Below are positions 24,720 to 64,000 of a DNA stretch of 64,000 nucleotides, in pieces. The position numbers and the translations under genes were made by a program. The notes under the pieces were generated by a model. It was given only the letters and a program-made list of their open reading frames with translations. It was not told where the DNA came from and searched no databases. Source of the stretch: Bugula neritina (lineage: Eukaryota > Animalia > Bryozoa); contig OZ037768.1 of assembly GCA_964035545.1 (NCBI GenBank), forward strand, positions 10,572,741 to 10,636,740, in the 5' to 3' direction. Position 1 is the first letter of the stretch. Every line of letters begins with the position of its first letter.

Positions 24720-25378
24720 GATCGTTGCAAATATTAATAGGAATACTAATACTAATAGTAATAGGAATTGACAATAGTTAATCATAATGATAACGATAAT
24801 GTTATACTAACAGTAACTATAACTATAAGTCTAAATCTATTTCAATCTCAATCTGTCTAATACTTAGTGATACTGATAGTCTTAACTCTTAATCTTATCA
24901 CTCATTCCCTATGGCTTATACTTATACAGTATGAGTATTACTGTACTATTCCATTTACTGATTTAGTGATTTACTATTACTATTAGTATTACTATTGTAT
25001 TACTATTAGTAATAGTTATAGTTATACTTATAGCATTAGTATAACTATAAGTATTACTATCACTTATAGACTATAGTTTAAGTTATACTTATAGTTATTA
25101 CTATTAGTATTACTATTACTAATAGTATTACTAATACTAATAGTAATAGTAATAGTAATAGTTATACTTATACTTATAGTTATACTGGTAGTAATAGTAA
25201 TACTAATAGTAATACTAATAGTAATAGTAATAGTAATAGCCCTAGTAATAGTAAAAATAACTGCAATACTTATAGTTATACCAATATGGGTAGTGATACT
25301 AATATTTATACTAATAGTAATACTACTAATACTAAGTCTAATACTAATAGACAATAATATCAATATGTAGTAATTATT
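24720..25378. repeat. Low-complexity hexamer-periodic tract (TAGTAA/TACTAA/TACTTA/TAGTTA) upstream of the MOB4 start codon
   Basis: Directly visible. It produces the Ile-Thr/Ile-Ser alternating pseudo-ORF at 25064-25363. Confidence 0.85.
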
Positions 25379-25529
25379 GTAAAACTAAATCACAAAACTT
25401 GATACTTTTGAAGTGTCAAACGGGTAAAAGCGAAAAATAGTAATCGGGCGATTTTGATTTTGCAAAGGATAGATAACTCATAACTCTTTGAAAAAATTGC
25501 CTCCATACAATCAGTCTGCAGTTTTTACT

Positions 25530-25665
25530 TGCACAATTACACAATTTCGCAATTACACAATTGCACAATTACACAATTGCACAATGGCACAATTGCATAT
25601 AACAATTACATATAACAATTACATATAACAATTACATATAGCATTTACATATAACATTTACATAT
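25530..25665. repeat. Compound microsatellite: 9-bp TT(A/G)CACAA-type units grading into 12-bp ATTACATATAAC
   Basis: Visible tandem units upstream of the putative MOB4 promoter. Confidence 0.75.
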
Positions 25666-27191
25666 GCAGTAACAAGCAAATAGCTTATCCTATTTTATAA
25701 ATACTCACTTATTCATACGAATTTTGAATAACCTCTGCTCTTAATGTGTTTTTTATACAAAAACTCGAGATTCACTTAATCCTTTTACCTTTAAAAAATG
25801 TGCTATTAAAAACATTAACTTTCGTAAGTAACAATAATATATTTATTTTGAACGTAAAATACAAACAATGAGATATAACTTAAGGCTCAATATTTGATCT
25901 GTGAGGTTAATAGTGTTTTGTATTTGGAAGCTCATGATAATCTACATTTAGAATGTTCAATTAGAGTCACTTAATTTTTTGGAAGAGAAACACAGAAAAT
26001 AAATGCACTTGTCTTGCTGCGCATGCTCCAATAATTAATTTTATAGATTATATTGATCAGACAAAAAAGTGGCTTGCTTTTATCCATGTGTTTCTATTTT
26101 TCACTTGAACTAATGGTTTTGCATAATATCTACCCCCTCTATAAATTTTACTTGTATTTTGGAAGTAAATCAGTATTTTTGGGGGAATTTCTATAGGAAG
26201 AATATCTAATTCATATTTTTGCACTGCTATACTACATTCTTGCTAAAATATGTAATTATAATTAGTTTATTTTTATTATAACAAAAAGTGGTTATATACA
26301 GGCAAGCTGCATATTATATAGTCTTACAATAAATTTAGACTCCAAAAGCAAAGTTTGAGTTTAATATAAAGACAGGGGATTTCTTTATAAATATTCCCAA
26401 GTGTACTTATACTGCATGTATAACCTATGAAAAGTTAATTGTAATGTTATTGAACTGCAGCTAATCTTATATTTATAACTAGTTATATTCTCAGGTCAAT
26501 CTAAACAGCTTCAAAGAAATTATCAGAAGCCAGCAAGATAGGCTTTTCACTAAATAAATGTGGATTGTAAATTATGCAAATTTTAGAATTTGGAATTGTC
26601 CAACTTCTATACTTGGTTTCCATGATGAAAGTTGTAAATTTTGCCATAATTAGGAATGTGGTTTAAATTTTTTGCTAAAAGTGATCAAAATGTGCTTAGC
26701 AATGCTTATAGTGCAAGATATTTTAAAAAAATTGCTTGTGTCAAGAAAAAATTAATGCACAGTCAATTGGCTATATGTTGAAAAAAAATTCTGTGCCCAA
26801 TTCAAACTTTCAGCAATTTGACACATTCTACTAAACTTGTAATTTTTTTAGTTATATTTATATAATAGCCTATACAACTGTCATCATTACTGTAATTTTA
26901 ATTGCTGCATAACATTTTTACAAAAAAACAACAACTATAGTTTATTGCATAGAACATGACAAAAAGAAAACTAAAACCAGCATAAATACAAGCAGAAGGA
27001 AGCTATATAGTGGAAGTGTTATATTTGAGGTCAGGCGTTTTATATGTGTTCTCCTTTTATAGTCACATGCCTAGAATACAGCTTTAACTGAGTATAGCTG
27101 GTCCAGTTTGAGGTTAAAATGTCTAACAGTTGCAGTTTACAGTTTAGCAGTTTAACAGGTTACAGTTTGAAGTTGAAGATTGTCAAACTTG

Positions 27192-27443
27192 TTAAATCCC
27201 TCTTCTGAGTTGAAGGTGTCCAAATATGTTTGGTGGCATTTCAGCGCTTAAGACTCGCTTACCAAACATTCGCAGACTGCAATTACATTCGTAGCCTCCT
27301 TCCTCCATTGCACATAACCTTTGACATCGGTATTTACGCAACATGTACTCCCTTCTTTCAGCTCTAGTCATGGGCTCAGTGTGTGAAGATAGAGCAAGTC
27401 CTATAACCAGTAGGAATCCAAATAAAATACTGGAGTACTTCAT
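27192..27443 (-). CDS. Neuropeptide precursor, 83 aa; predicted 4-Cys amidated peptide YRCQRLCAMEEGGYECNCSLRMF-NH2 (CCRFamide-like)
   Basis: ATG at 27443. Signal peptide MKYSSILFGFLLVIGLALS(S), dibasic RR/RK sites before the peptide, Cys spacing C-x3-C-x8-C-x-C, amidation and cleavage signal F-GKR, then a C-terminal peptide closed by RR. The family name is from memory of the pattern and needs checking. Confidence 0.85.
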   Translation of the reverse strand: MKYSSILFGFLLVIGLALSSHTEPMTRAERREYMLRKYRCQRLCAMEEGGYECNCSLRMFGKRVLSAEMPPNIFGHLQLRRGI

Positions 27444-27639
27444 ATTCTTAACTTCAAGTTTGTAACCTTGGCAACTGACGAAACTTATGGCTGATACTTT
27501 TAAGATGATAACGATAGAATCTAAAAGAGTTTCTTTGTAAACCAACAGCTTGTTTAGAGAGGTTCTTATATACAATCTTGCTTAGGATAGAGTAAGTTAG
27601 TAAGTATACGTGGAGCTTGCTGAATGAAAGTCCGACAGC

Positions 27640-27676
27640 AAACTGATTGAATGTGGCATCACAACACTTTTTTATA
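27640..27676 (-). promoter_or_regulatory. TATA box + initiator core promoter of the neuropeptide gene
   Basis: Minus-strand TATAAAAAA starts at 27676. TCAGTT initiator has its A at 27644 (TATA at -32); an alternative TCAAT has its A at 27648. A possible 5'UTR intron runs 27609 (GT) to 27475 (AG). Confidence 0.65.
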
Positions 27677-29184
27677 TTGGAATACGCGGAGTAATCATAT
27701 GCTTATCATATGCTTATTATAAGATATGTGTCTAATTGTTGCATGTATGCAGTATGCATTGTGGTATAAGTGCATACAATTACATATTTTACAATGATAT
27801 TATTATAATACAGATATTACAATATTCTATTTTTATTATACTATATCAGCCACAGTACTATGGGAAAGCTAGAAGAATGGTATGCTGAATACAATTGGCA
27901 CTCCTGCATAAATTTCAACATCTAATGAACTATGATGTAAATGCTAAAGGTTTTTATCACTTCTAGGATGAAAACACTTAAATAATGCAACTGTTTTTTC
28001 AAAAGAATTTTAAGTTGCTTTTATTATGAAATTATATTTCAAAGCTTCAAGATTATTGTTCATATTATATTCTAAAGGGTTATTGCCACAACAAGAAGGT
28101 TATTTGATAAATAGTGTTGCCCCAGTTATACAAGTTGAGTAGGAAGTTCCTTATATTGCTTATTTTATTTTAGCATCAGAGTTTAACACAGAAATTGTAA
28201 CTATGAACAATATTAATTTTCTCACGTGTTTGGAGAATCTATTTGTGCATAATTAGAACTGAATAGCCTAATTTTATACCTTATAAAAAAATGCAATACT
28301 TCATTACTACTATTCTTTATCTATTCATATGAATGTAGCATTCAATGCAGCACAATATTTAAGTACCATGTTGCTTGCCCAATCACACACAAATTTCCTT
28401 CATCCAGTTTGTGTTATGGGGTTTATGACTCATGCACTGACATTCAACACTATTTTGTGCAAAGGAATTCCTTCTATTTTATAGTCAACTTATACACATA
28501 TCTGAAACTAACATTTATCGACATATATTGCTTATTTTAATTAAGTATATGGCTTAGATTTAATAATATGGGATACTATAGGCTACTTTCTATACGATAA
28601 ATTATGTAGAGCAGTTATTTTGACACCTAATAGCAGCATATATCCATGCTAATGCTTCTAAAATATTGTGATTCAAATATATTCTAATAGCATGACTCAC
28701 AACAACTACCAGGTAAAACATAGCTAATCATATGCAATCATAAAGTGTGTTAAATAATATTATTCGTATAGGATATCTTCAGAGTCTTCCGATAAACTTC
28801 ATGTGTACTCAGCTGAAAAGAGGAATTCTACGTATTGGAAGATGTAGATCAAGATTTAAAGACGTCACCTAAAAAAATATTTGAGATAACTCTTTAAAAG
28901 TTGGCAATTTTTTAGTGAATAAATAGAAGTAGTTTGCAGAAAATCATCTTCAAATGCAAAGGACAGCCAATGATGATGATGAGATGATTTTCAAAATGAA
29001 AAGGAAAAATGTCGCTACCAGCCGCTGTTGTGAATATTCTGTTTTTACTATAAATCATGCCCATTGTAATATTTCACTGTTAATTTTTTGCACTAAGCAC
29101 GAAAGAAAAACATTCGTCTAACAGTCTGCAGTTATTTTATTATTTATCTACCTCACTAAGTGCCATTGTAAAAGCCCATGTGGG

Positions 29185-29383
29185 GTTATAGCTGGTATTC
29201 CTGTGAGAACTCCTGATAGAAAGTTTTTCTTAATTGGGCTAAGGATTCGCTTTTTATTTTGGCAAAAGAGCAATTTTATGACTGAATGCCTTTTTAACAT
29301 CACCAATGGTCTTTACTGGGATCGCATCGCTGCCCTTGTGTTTACTGAGCCAGTGCTCTAACCCCTAGACTACCGCTGCTCCC
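29185..29383 (-). mobile_element. tRNA-derived SINE, copy 5
   Basis: CCTGTGAGAACTCCTGATAG...GAGCAATTTTATGACTGAATGCC..TAACATCACCAATGG...CCCTAGACTACCGCTGCTCCC. Confidence 0.8.
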
Positions 29384-32300
29384 GTCACTGGCTGCCTTTA
29401 TATTTTTTGGAATATTATTTGAAGTGACTCATGTGCCTTATTAGTCAGAGAATGCACAGGAAAGGTCATTTCAGAAAGTGCTAATAAACTAAAATCTACT
29501 ATTTTTTCTATTTCACTACTTCTTGTACTTTAAATCAAGAGACAACTCGAATACAAAAAAGAAAGCCGTATCATATTATATGTCTGATCAGAAGGCAGTA
29601 AACATGATGCTTGTGCAGATTTGGATGACTTTGCATCAACCTCAACAATTAGTATAAAGAGACCGACATCCACACATCATCTTTAAGCTATCAAAACTAT
29701 GCATAAGCATGTATTTTGTTTAATTGTAATCACTTTCATAACTAATAAAAACACTCTAAATAATAATATAAAGCAAAACTAAATAGAATTCCTATCAACT
29801 AATTTTAGTGATCGATGATTACTATGAATATTTCTTTATTTCTTGCAGTTTTAATCCTATTTCATAGAACTAATGGATATATTTTTGATGATATTATGCT
29901 TATAAATAAACCATAACATAGATTACATATTGTGTTTGAATGTTGTATAGTATTTTGTTGAGACTGTAGAAGTGTTGTGGAGTTATAAAGGATATAAAGC
30001 TAATTTTTTGTTAGTGGCTAGAGACAGACAGAGAGCTTCATTATCACACTAGGCTGAAATCAAAGGAAATGAAGGATGCAGCGCTATTAATTATTCAAGA
30101 GCAATGGTCAATTTATGTATGGTTCTAAGGTATATAAGCATAAATAATTTGCTTCATAATAATTATTGTATAATATCCATAAAGTTATAATTACAAGATG
30201 GATGAAATTTCAAGACTGCTTCAGGCTACAAAGTTACCTACTTCTAGGTGATAATTACATGCATTATCTTCAAGGCAAGCTATTTATTAAGTCAATATGG
30301 ACATACAATAAGGCATAACGCAGTGTGTGGTATAACTATCATTATGACTATATATAAGTTTATTTACCTCATTCAAAATATCCTGGTTATGCCTTAACCT
30401 TTAAGATTTAGGACAAAGCATCTTAGAGCTCATCATAAGAAAAAGAATATAGTAAAGAAGTCAGCGTCTGCTTGTGCTTTTTATACCAATACTTACTGTA
30501 AACTTAATTCAATAATTGTGGTAATTATTGAAAGTTGCTAATAAAGCTGATACACAACTAGAGGGTTTATAAAAAAGTAGTTGTTTTCATTGAGCTTCTG
30601 ATTCTATTTGTTGATTTGGGATTTGGATGAGGAACTTTTAAGAGTCACATTCTTTACTATAAATTCAGGCACCCCTTAGCTACCTTTATATTGATTACAT
30701 TACTTATTCATGCAAAAACTTACATCATCTGTAAATTATATAGTGTGTGTGTGTGTGTCAATGAGTTTTTATACACATTGAATCATTTTATAACTATTTA
30801 TAAATGACGCATAAGCTGTGTATTCTACAAACTTTATATCTCAGAGATTACACGTGATTCTTGTCATGTTTGAGACTATATTATAGGGAGTTACACTCCC
30901 CTATGCTGTCTGCATAAGACACAGTTGTTATAAAATTGATCTAAAACTATTGTTTGAAGACAATGAAACTGATCAATTAGTGTTTAGTAAAAACAAGCAA
31001 TTTGTGCCTTTTGAATGATTTAAAGAAGTATATCCAAATTAGATTACGTATCATATTCTCAGTATATAAAAGATGTGTATGTGTAAATAAAACTAGCAAA
31101 GCTTGACTATTTATATTAAAAATATTCTACACTATTTTTTATGTGGCTTGGTGACTTGCTGTGTCTTGAATGCGGGATAAATTATTTCCTTTCTTTCTGA
31201 AAACAATACCAAATGTTTTAGGTTAATACCTGTTATACACAATTCTCATCTAATTTTATGATATTCCAAATGGCCAGCGTGACTTTTTTAAAAGTAAAAA
31301 AGCTTAGGGATAATTTTCTTTCAGTTCTGTAGCCATTGAGCAAGAATGATTAATAGCAGCACTAATTAAAAAAGAAACTTAACACTTAATTTAACCATTT
31401 TTAAACTAGCGCATTCTTCTGGTTTGACACCATAGGTATACTGGAAACAAAATTCCATGTTAGTTAAAACTAATAGTAAACCAGTAATTAATTTTAAACT
31501 ATAGGTTAAAGTTATTATAATTCTAGGTATTCAATACAGTTTACAGAAACTAGGGAATGACAAGATGGTAGCTAGCGCCAAGCAACATTGAGTGGATAAA
31601 TGTAAAATAATTTTGCAAGCAGAGTTACCAGTGAACTGTTTGAACAGAAAAATATTTTAATTTTCAAAAGTCAAACTACTATTTTTATGCGTTTTAGTAA
31701 TAAAATAAATAATGCATGCAAAATATTTAAGAAGAGGCAATAAATGGGCTGTAACTTGCAATAAACTCAACCTACCCAGCCATTAACCTGAATAATAATT
31801 TAGCCATTTCTTAATATCATACTATTGGCTGTACATCAATTTTAACCTTTTCATCGTATTTATATTTATGTCTTTAATAATCAATTGCAGCAGCTTAAAA
31901 TTTCAAATAAATCAACAGCTGCAAGTTTTTAATTGTAAACTTGTAACTTTATGAGAAAAATAAATACACTTGAATAAGTTAATTTCCAATATCTAAAAAA
32001 CTCATGAAAAATAGGTTGCCTTGTTTTTAGAATTTCTTTGAGAAAGTGTGTCAATGCGTGTAAAGATTGATAACAAGATGGACTCATCTTCCTGTACATC
32101 ATCAGCTGGAATGAATCATTAGCCTCCCTTCTGCAGGCTAATAAATGTTTTAGTGAAGTTAGGTACAATGAAAGTGCTTGTAAATATATATAATCCTCAC
32201 ACTCATGAAAGAGCGCACTATTGCTAAGAAAAAAGTTTACAAGCTTACATTAATTAGGCTGATATTGTCTGCGATCCATTTATAGGAAATTGGTACTGGT

Positions 32301-33464
32301 GAAGGATACCTATAAAGATTCCATAGTTTATAAAAATTGGTGCAAATTTCTCAAGATTTAACCAAATAAACAGCAAATTAAGTGAGGAAAAACACAAACC
32401 AAGGCATTTTCTAATGTCAGCTATATAAATTAGGTAGCAAATCTCAGAACCTGCAAACATGTGATCTTAAAAATCTTTGTCGCCTCTAGAAATATCTAGG
32501 TTTTTTCAAGGGTACGCAGAATACAAAATAATAATTGGGAAACCGCATTGTTGGTAATAGAAAAATATAGTCTAGTAATTAGCTGCATTAAAGAAAATTC
32601 TGGCATTTTTTAGTATAAGATTGTTTAATAAAACAGAGAGTTGCTTGATAATAGCATTGAATGCTATTGATAATTATGTATAATCAAATTATTATTCCCC
32701 ATAAATGATTTGCATTTCTGGGAAAAATCTACAATAAAATTGACATTATTTTATAAATACATAGGTGCTACAACCAGATTATACATGCCAATTGCCACAT
32801 AACAAACATCTACAGCAGTTTATCACATTAAGACATTTCATAATATTTAACTACATAATGGCATAAAATAGCAAGAAAACAATGATATTTGGTCATATTA
32901 TTTATTTTTATAAAGCATTACTGGATAAAAAACAACATTGAACTTATTCTATTTTAGTTGTGGGATGTTTGGTCCATAGGTTTTGTTTCCTAAACTGGTT
33001 TGACATGGCATTAGATAATGTGTACCACTGAACTCAAAATAAGGTTTTTTCCAGTTCAGTGATGTGTACATTCTTTTCTTATGTTGTACGTACTATATGT
33101 AGATGTATTCACTGAGCTGGAAAAGTTAATTGAATGTACTAGTCTACATTCTCTGGTTTAGCGAGCAATGCGGAAATTCCATTGCTTTGCAGAGTTGTCG
33201 TAACAATCGGAGCTCAAAAAGGAGGGAGGTGCAGTGAACGCAATATAGAAAATCTGTAAAACCTGCGTTCCTAAAATGATTATGTTCTCGCGAGGTTTTA
33301 AACCTGTGCCCCAAACTAAAGCCTAATTAGTTGCTGAAAGTTTTAGTGCTAATTGAAGGAGCTACCTCATTGAAACAGAATAACCATAATTATACTGAAT
33401 ATTTATCCCATTCCAAGTTGATCTACCTCGCTTATTCTATTGCGATTGTAACTGTACCATAAAA

Positions 33465-35584
33465 GAGTTATACTTATAATATCAGCATCATCATTTTTAT
33501 GGTTATATCATAACGACTGTGCACTTCTTTAATTTTTATTTTAATATTGTTTTTAAAAATGATGGAACTTGAATTGATATTTAATTTTCTATTTAGTTTT
33601 ACTACTATAACTATAAGTATATGAAAATTAATATTGTATTTATACCAACAATTCAACAAAAATCATCATTATGATTATCACCTAAAGTTAACTATAATCA
33701 TTTTAAGAATACTTATAGTTAAATAGTAATACTAATACTAATACTAATAGTAATACTTATAGTTATAGCCTATAACTATAAGTTATGAGTATAAGTATAA
33801 GTCTTGTACTATTTAATATTAGTATTACTATTACTATTACTGTATTAGTATTACTATTACTATTACTGTTACAATTAGTAATAGTAGATGTAATACTTTA
33901 AGTTTGACTGAGTTACTCATATTTATTTACTTATAGTATGACTATGAGTATGAGTCATACTGATACTCATAAGTCATAGTGGTGGACCATAGACATACTC
34001 ATAGTCATACTCATACTGATAGTGGATGTGATACTCATAGTGATACTAATAGTCAATGTTTTACTGATACTCATACTGATACTGTAAGACTAAGTGTAAC
34101 TGTTAGTGTTGTTGTCACACTTAGTCTTGCAGCTAGTGTTACTGTCATTGTTCGGTTATTACTATTAGTATTACTGTTAGTATTATACTTTAGAGACTAT
34201 TACTGTATTAGACTTATAGTTACTATTTAGAGTTACTGTTAGTATTACTATATTTATATTATATTAGAATTATCAATTATTACTGTAAAAATAACTTTAA
34301 CTATAACATTAACATAACTATAATTTTAAATTAAAACTTAAGCTTGGTATAGTAATAGTAATTAGTAATAATGATAGTCATTACGGATTACTCATCACTG
34401 AGTCATTAGTCTTACGCTTACTGATAGTGATACTGTTACAGATTACTCCAAGTCTATAATAATTATAATAACATTATGATTAATAGTAATACTGTCTTTG
34501 ATAATAATTATTGATAATACTAAACAATATCAAACGCAGTCTGTTAGTATTAATATTTAATATATTAGTATTGTTGTGATTGTCACTCAATATCAGTATC
34601 ACCACAACTATGAGTCTATGACTACTATAATATAAATATCACTCTCAGTATGACTATGAGTGTCAGTGTCAACTGAAACTTCAAAGCGCCAGCTGAAACT
34701 AAAAGTTTTACTGTAAAAGCAAAAGTGAGGGTTTAAATTAAATAGTTTGTAACCAGTATAAGCATCATTATATATATGGTATTAATAGCAACTATTAAAA
34801 TATTTAATTTTATTATCTTCAAGTAATATAATAATTATTATTGTTACTTATTATAAGATTTATCTTGGATTTTGTTTATTTTTAATTAGATTTAATAAAT
34901 AAAGATGTGTACATTGAATTTGAGGTTAAAAGGAAACTGGCAGCACTAAGTTTAATTTTGTAGAATTGATAATCTGTAGTCCTAGATCTCCGGTGCTGAT
35001 TCAATAGAATTTAATGGATAAAATAATTGTTATAATTATCGACTAAACATCGTCCTTAGTGGTAATCATAATGATGATGTTAAAAAAAAATATTTACAAT
35101 CATACTTACAGTTAAAGTATTAATAAATAAATATTTAGTAATTATATTGCTAATTTATGATAATAATCTTTATGAATATGATTGTTGGTATTTATATTGA
35201 TATGATTTAAAGATATATGCAGGTGGTATAATTGATATTTAGTTATTATAATAATCATATTGATAATGTAATTGTAGCGAACAATATGGTTAATAATAAT
35301 TGTAATAGAATTTTTATTGTTGTTATTGATGATTTGATAAGCATTCTTATATTTGCTCCTAGTCTAATAATGATATAAATATGTCTATTTAAGCCAAATT
35401 CAAATTTGATTTAAGGTTAAATTTGTTAAATTTAAATTATTGTAGAAAAAAGTGGCGGTTAGCTTATAATCTTTATCATGATAGTAATGATGATTCATAA
35501 TTTCTTTGTATTATAAAGTATAATACAAGTAAAAGAGGCTAGCTGCTAGTTCAAACAGCACCAATTTTTATTAGACCCACCCAC

Positions 35585-35622
<38 letters not shown>

Positions 35623-35660
35623 ATGTAATACTAATGATCATAGTCATATACTGGCACTTA
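33465..35660. repeat. Low-complexity hexamer-periodic/AT-rich tracts flanking a short complex island (34660-34740); includes (GTA)n at 35586-35622
   Basis: Runs of ACTCAT/AGTCAT/ACTGAT/AGTGAT/TAGTAA/TACTAA. They give the His-Thr/Asp-Ser alternating pseudo-ORF at 33979-34230. Confidence 0.75.
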
Positions 35661-36760
35661 CAGTGATGGAGTCAATGTAATTCTCACAGCCATTGGTCAC
35701 CGAGGCTGACTAGTTATTTTAAATGTCGAATCTTATGCATTAGACTTAATTCTTGTGTTCATACATCCATTTGAAAATGTTTTTTACCTTCTATGATTGA
35801 TATAAAAGCCAAAATTAATATACATTTTAGTTTTATTTTTATCTTTTAATAACTATCCATAAGCATACTTTATAGTGATACTGACAATCAGAGTGGTAGT
35901 GATAGTTAGGTAATGATAAGATCATTGTTGGAACTTCAAAATACTTTTGTTTTTGCTTTAACTACTTGCTTCGAGCTCTTGGTGATCATTTTTACTAGTT
36001 AATAAGTTAGAGTTGCTCTTCAGACTTGATTACACTCCAAGTAATTAGGTTCAGATTGCAAATGGTAATTACATTATTATTTACTATTAACTTTAGTACT
36101 TTAATTTGCATGTAGTAGTGTTATTTATGGTTATAGTGATCTGTTCTGGCTTTTTAAAATAGATCAATATTTTCATAATAATTTGAAACTTTTTGTTTAA
36201 ATAGTTTTTGCTATTTTAGGCAGTGTTGAAATAATGTTCTATATTACCAGGTGTAAACTGCATACTTGTAAACATTGGTATTCTAGTTTTACAGATATCA
36301 CGTAAAGTAACAGTTGTCATGAGATAGTACTTATTTAAGCATACATACTTACTATTATAGATTTGTTAATTATGGTTTGTGATAAAATAAAGTTAGTTTC
36401 ACGCTGAAGTTGATGTAATATTTTTAATAGTTATGATAGTCACTTATAATAAAGAATTGTTACAAGTTTTTAAATAGTTAACCAATGTAGTCAAGTGAGG
36501 CTTTAGATCTTGCTTTAGTTTAAATTTTAATTTATAAAGTGAAGGTTGCAAGGCACCCAATACACCGACAACCTAAAGGCAACCTGTCATTATTTTTTTT
36601 CAGGTTCAGTTGTTTGTATAATGTACTTCTGTCAACTGATATCAACTGCTACAGCGATTGCACTAACAGTAAAATTGAAAATAACGGCTTTTTTTCAAAT
36701 GAATTCATGTTATAGGTTAAAGAATTATGACTTGATCAACAAATCAATTGTATTCACAAA

Positions 36761-63985
<27,225 letters not shown>

Positions 63986-64000
63986 GTATGTCAGTATACA

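Noticed and set aside
25064-25363. Ile/Thr/Ser alternating hydrophobic ORF (also 33979-34230)
   Set aside because: Products of hexamer-periodic low-complexity DNA with no ATG-led coding signal.
27444-27575. N-terminal extension of the 127-aa ORF-track protein
   Set aside because: It starts at a non-ATG codon and lies in a probable 5'UTR intron. The ATG at 27443 directly precedes a signal peptide.

Overview
AT-rich, intron-rich eukaryotic (invertebrate animal) genomic DNA. Lophotrochozoan origin is plausible but is only an inference. I assembled five protein-coding genes by hand from splice sites and frame continuity. (1) DSTYK kinase: + strand, 18 coding exons, 560-14245, ~921 aa. (2) A secreted, probably GPI-anchored protein with a Cys-rich 'CGGC' module and a SUEL/rhamnose-binding lectin domain: + strand, 6 exons, 17375-20836, last intron GC-AG. 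(3) MOB4/phocein: - strand, 6 exons, 24514-21995, ~224 aa. (4) A four-cysteine amidated neuropeptide precursor, CCRFamide-like and ending RMF-GKR: - strand, 27443-27192, with a TATA+Inr promoter. (5) A neurobeachin-like NBEAL1/2 BEACH protein: + strand, ~52 exons from 36761, running off the window end. Introns carry six copies of a tRNA-derived SINE, three distinct MITEs (one with a 9-bp TSD, one nested in a SINE) and many minisatellites sitting against exon boundaries, two of which multiply the 5' splice site itself. The apparent housekeeping-gene 5' ends are flanked by an unusual hexamer-periodic, self-complementary low-complexity tract. No prokaryotic features, CRISPR arrays, rRNA or bona fide tRNA genes were seen. 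All assignments come from manual reading and remembered family motifs, not database searches.
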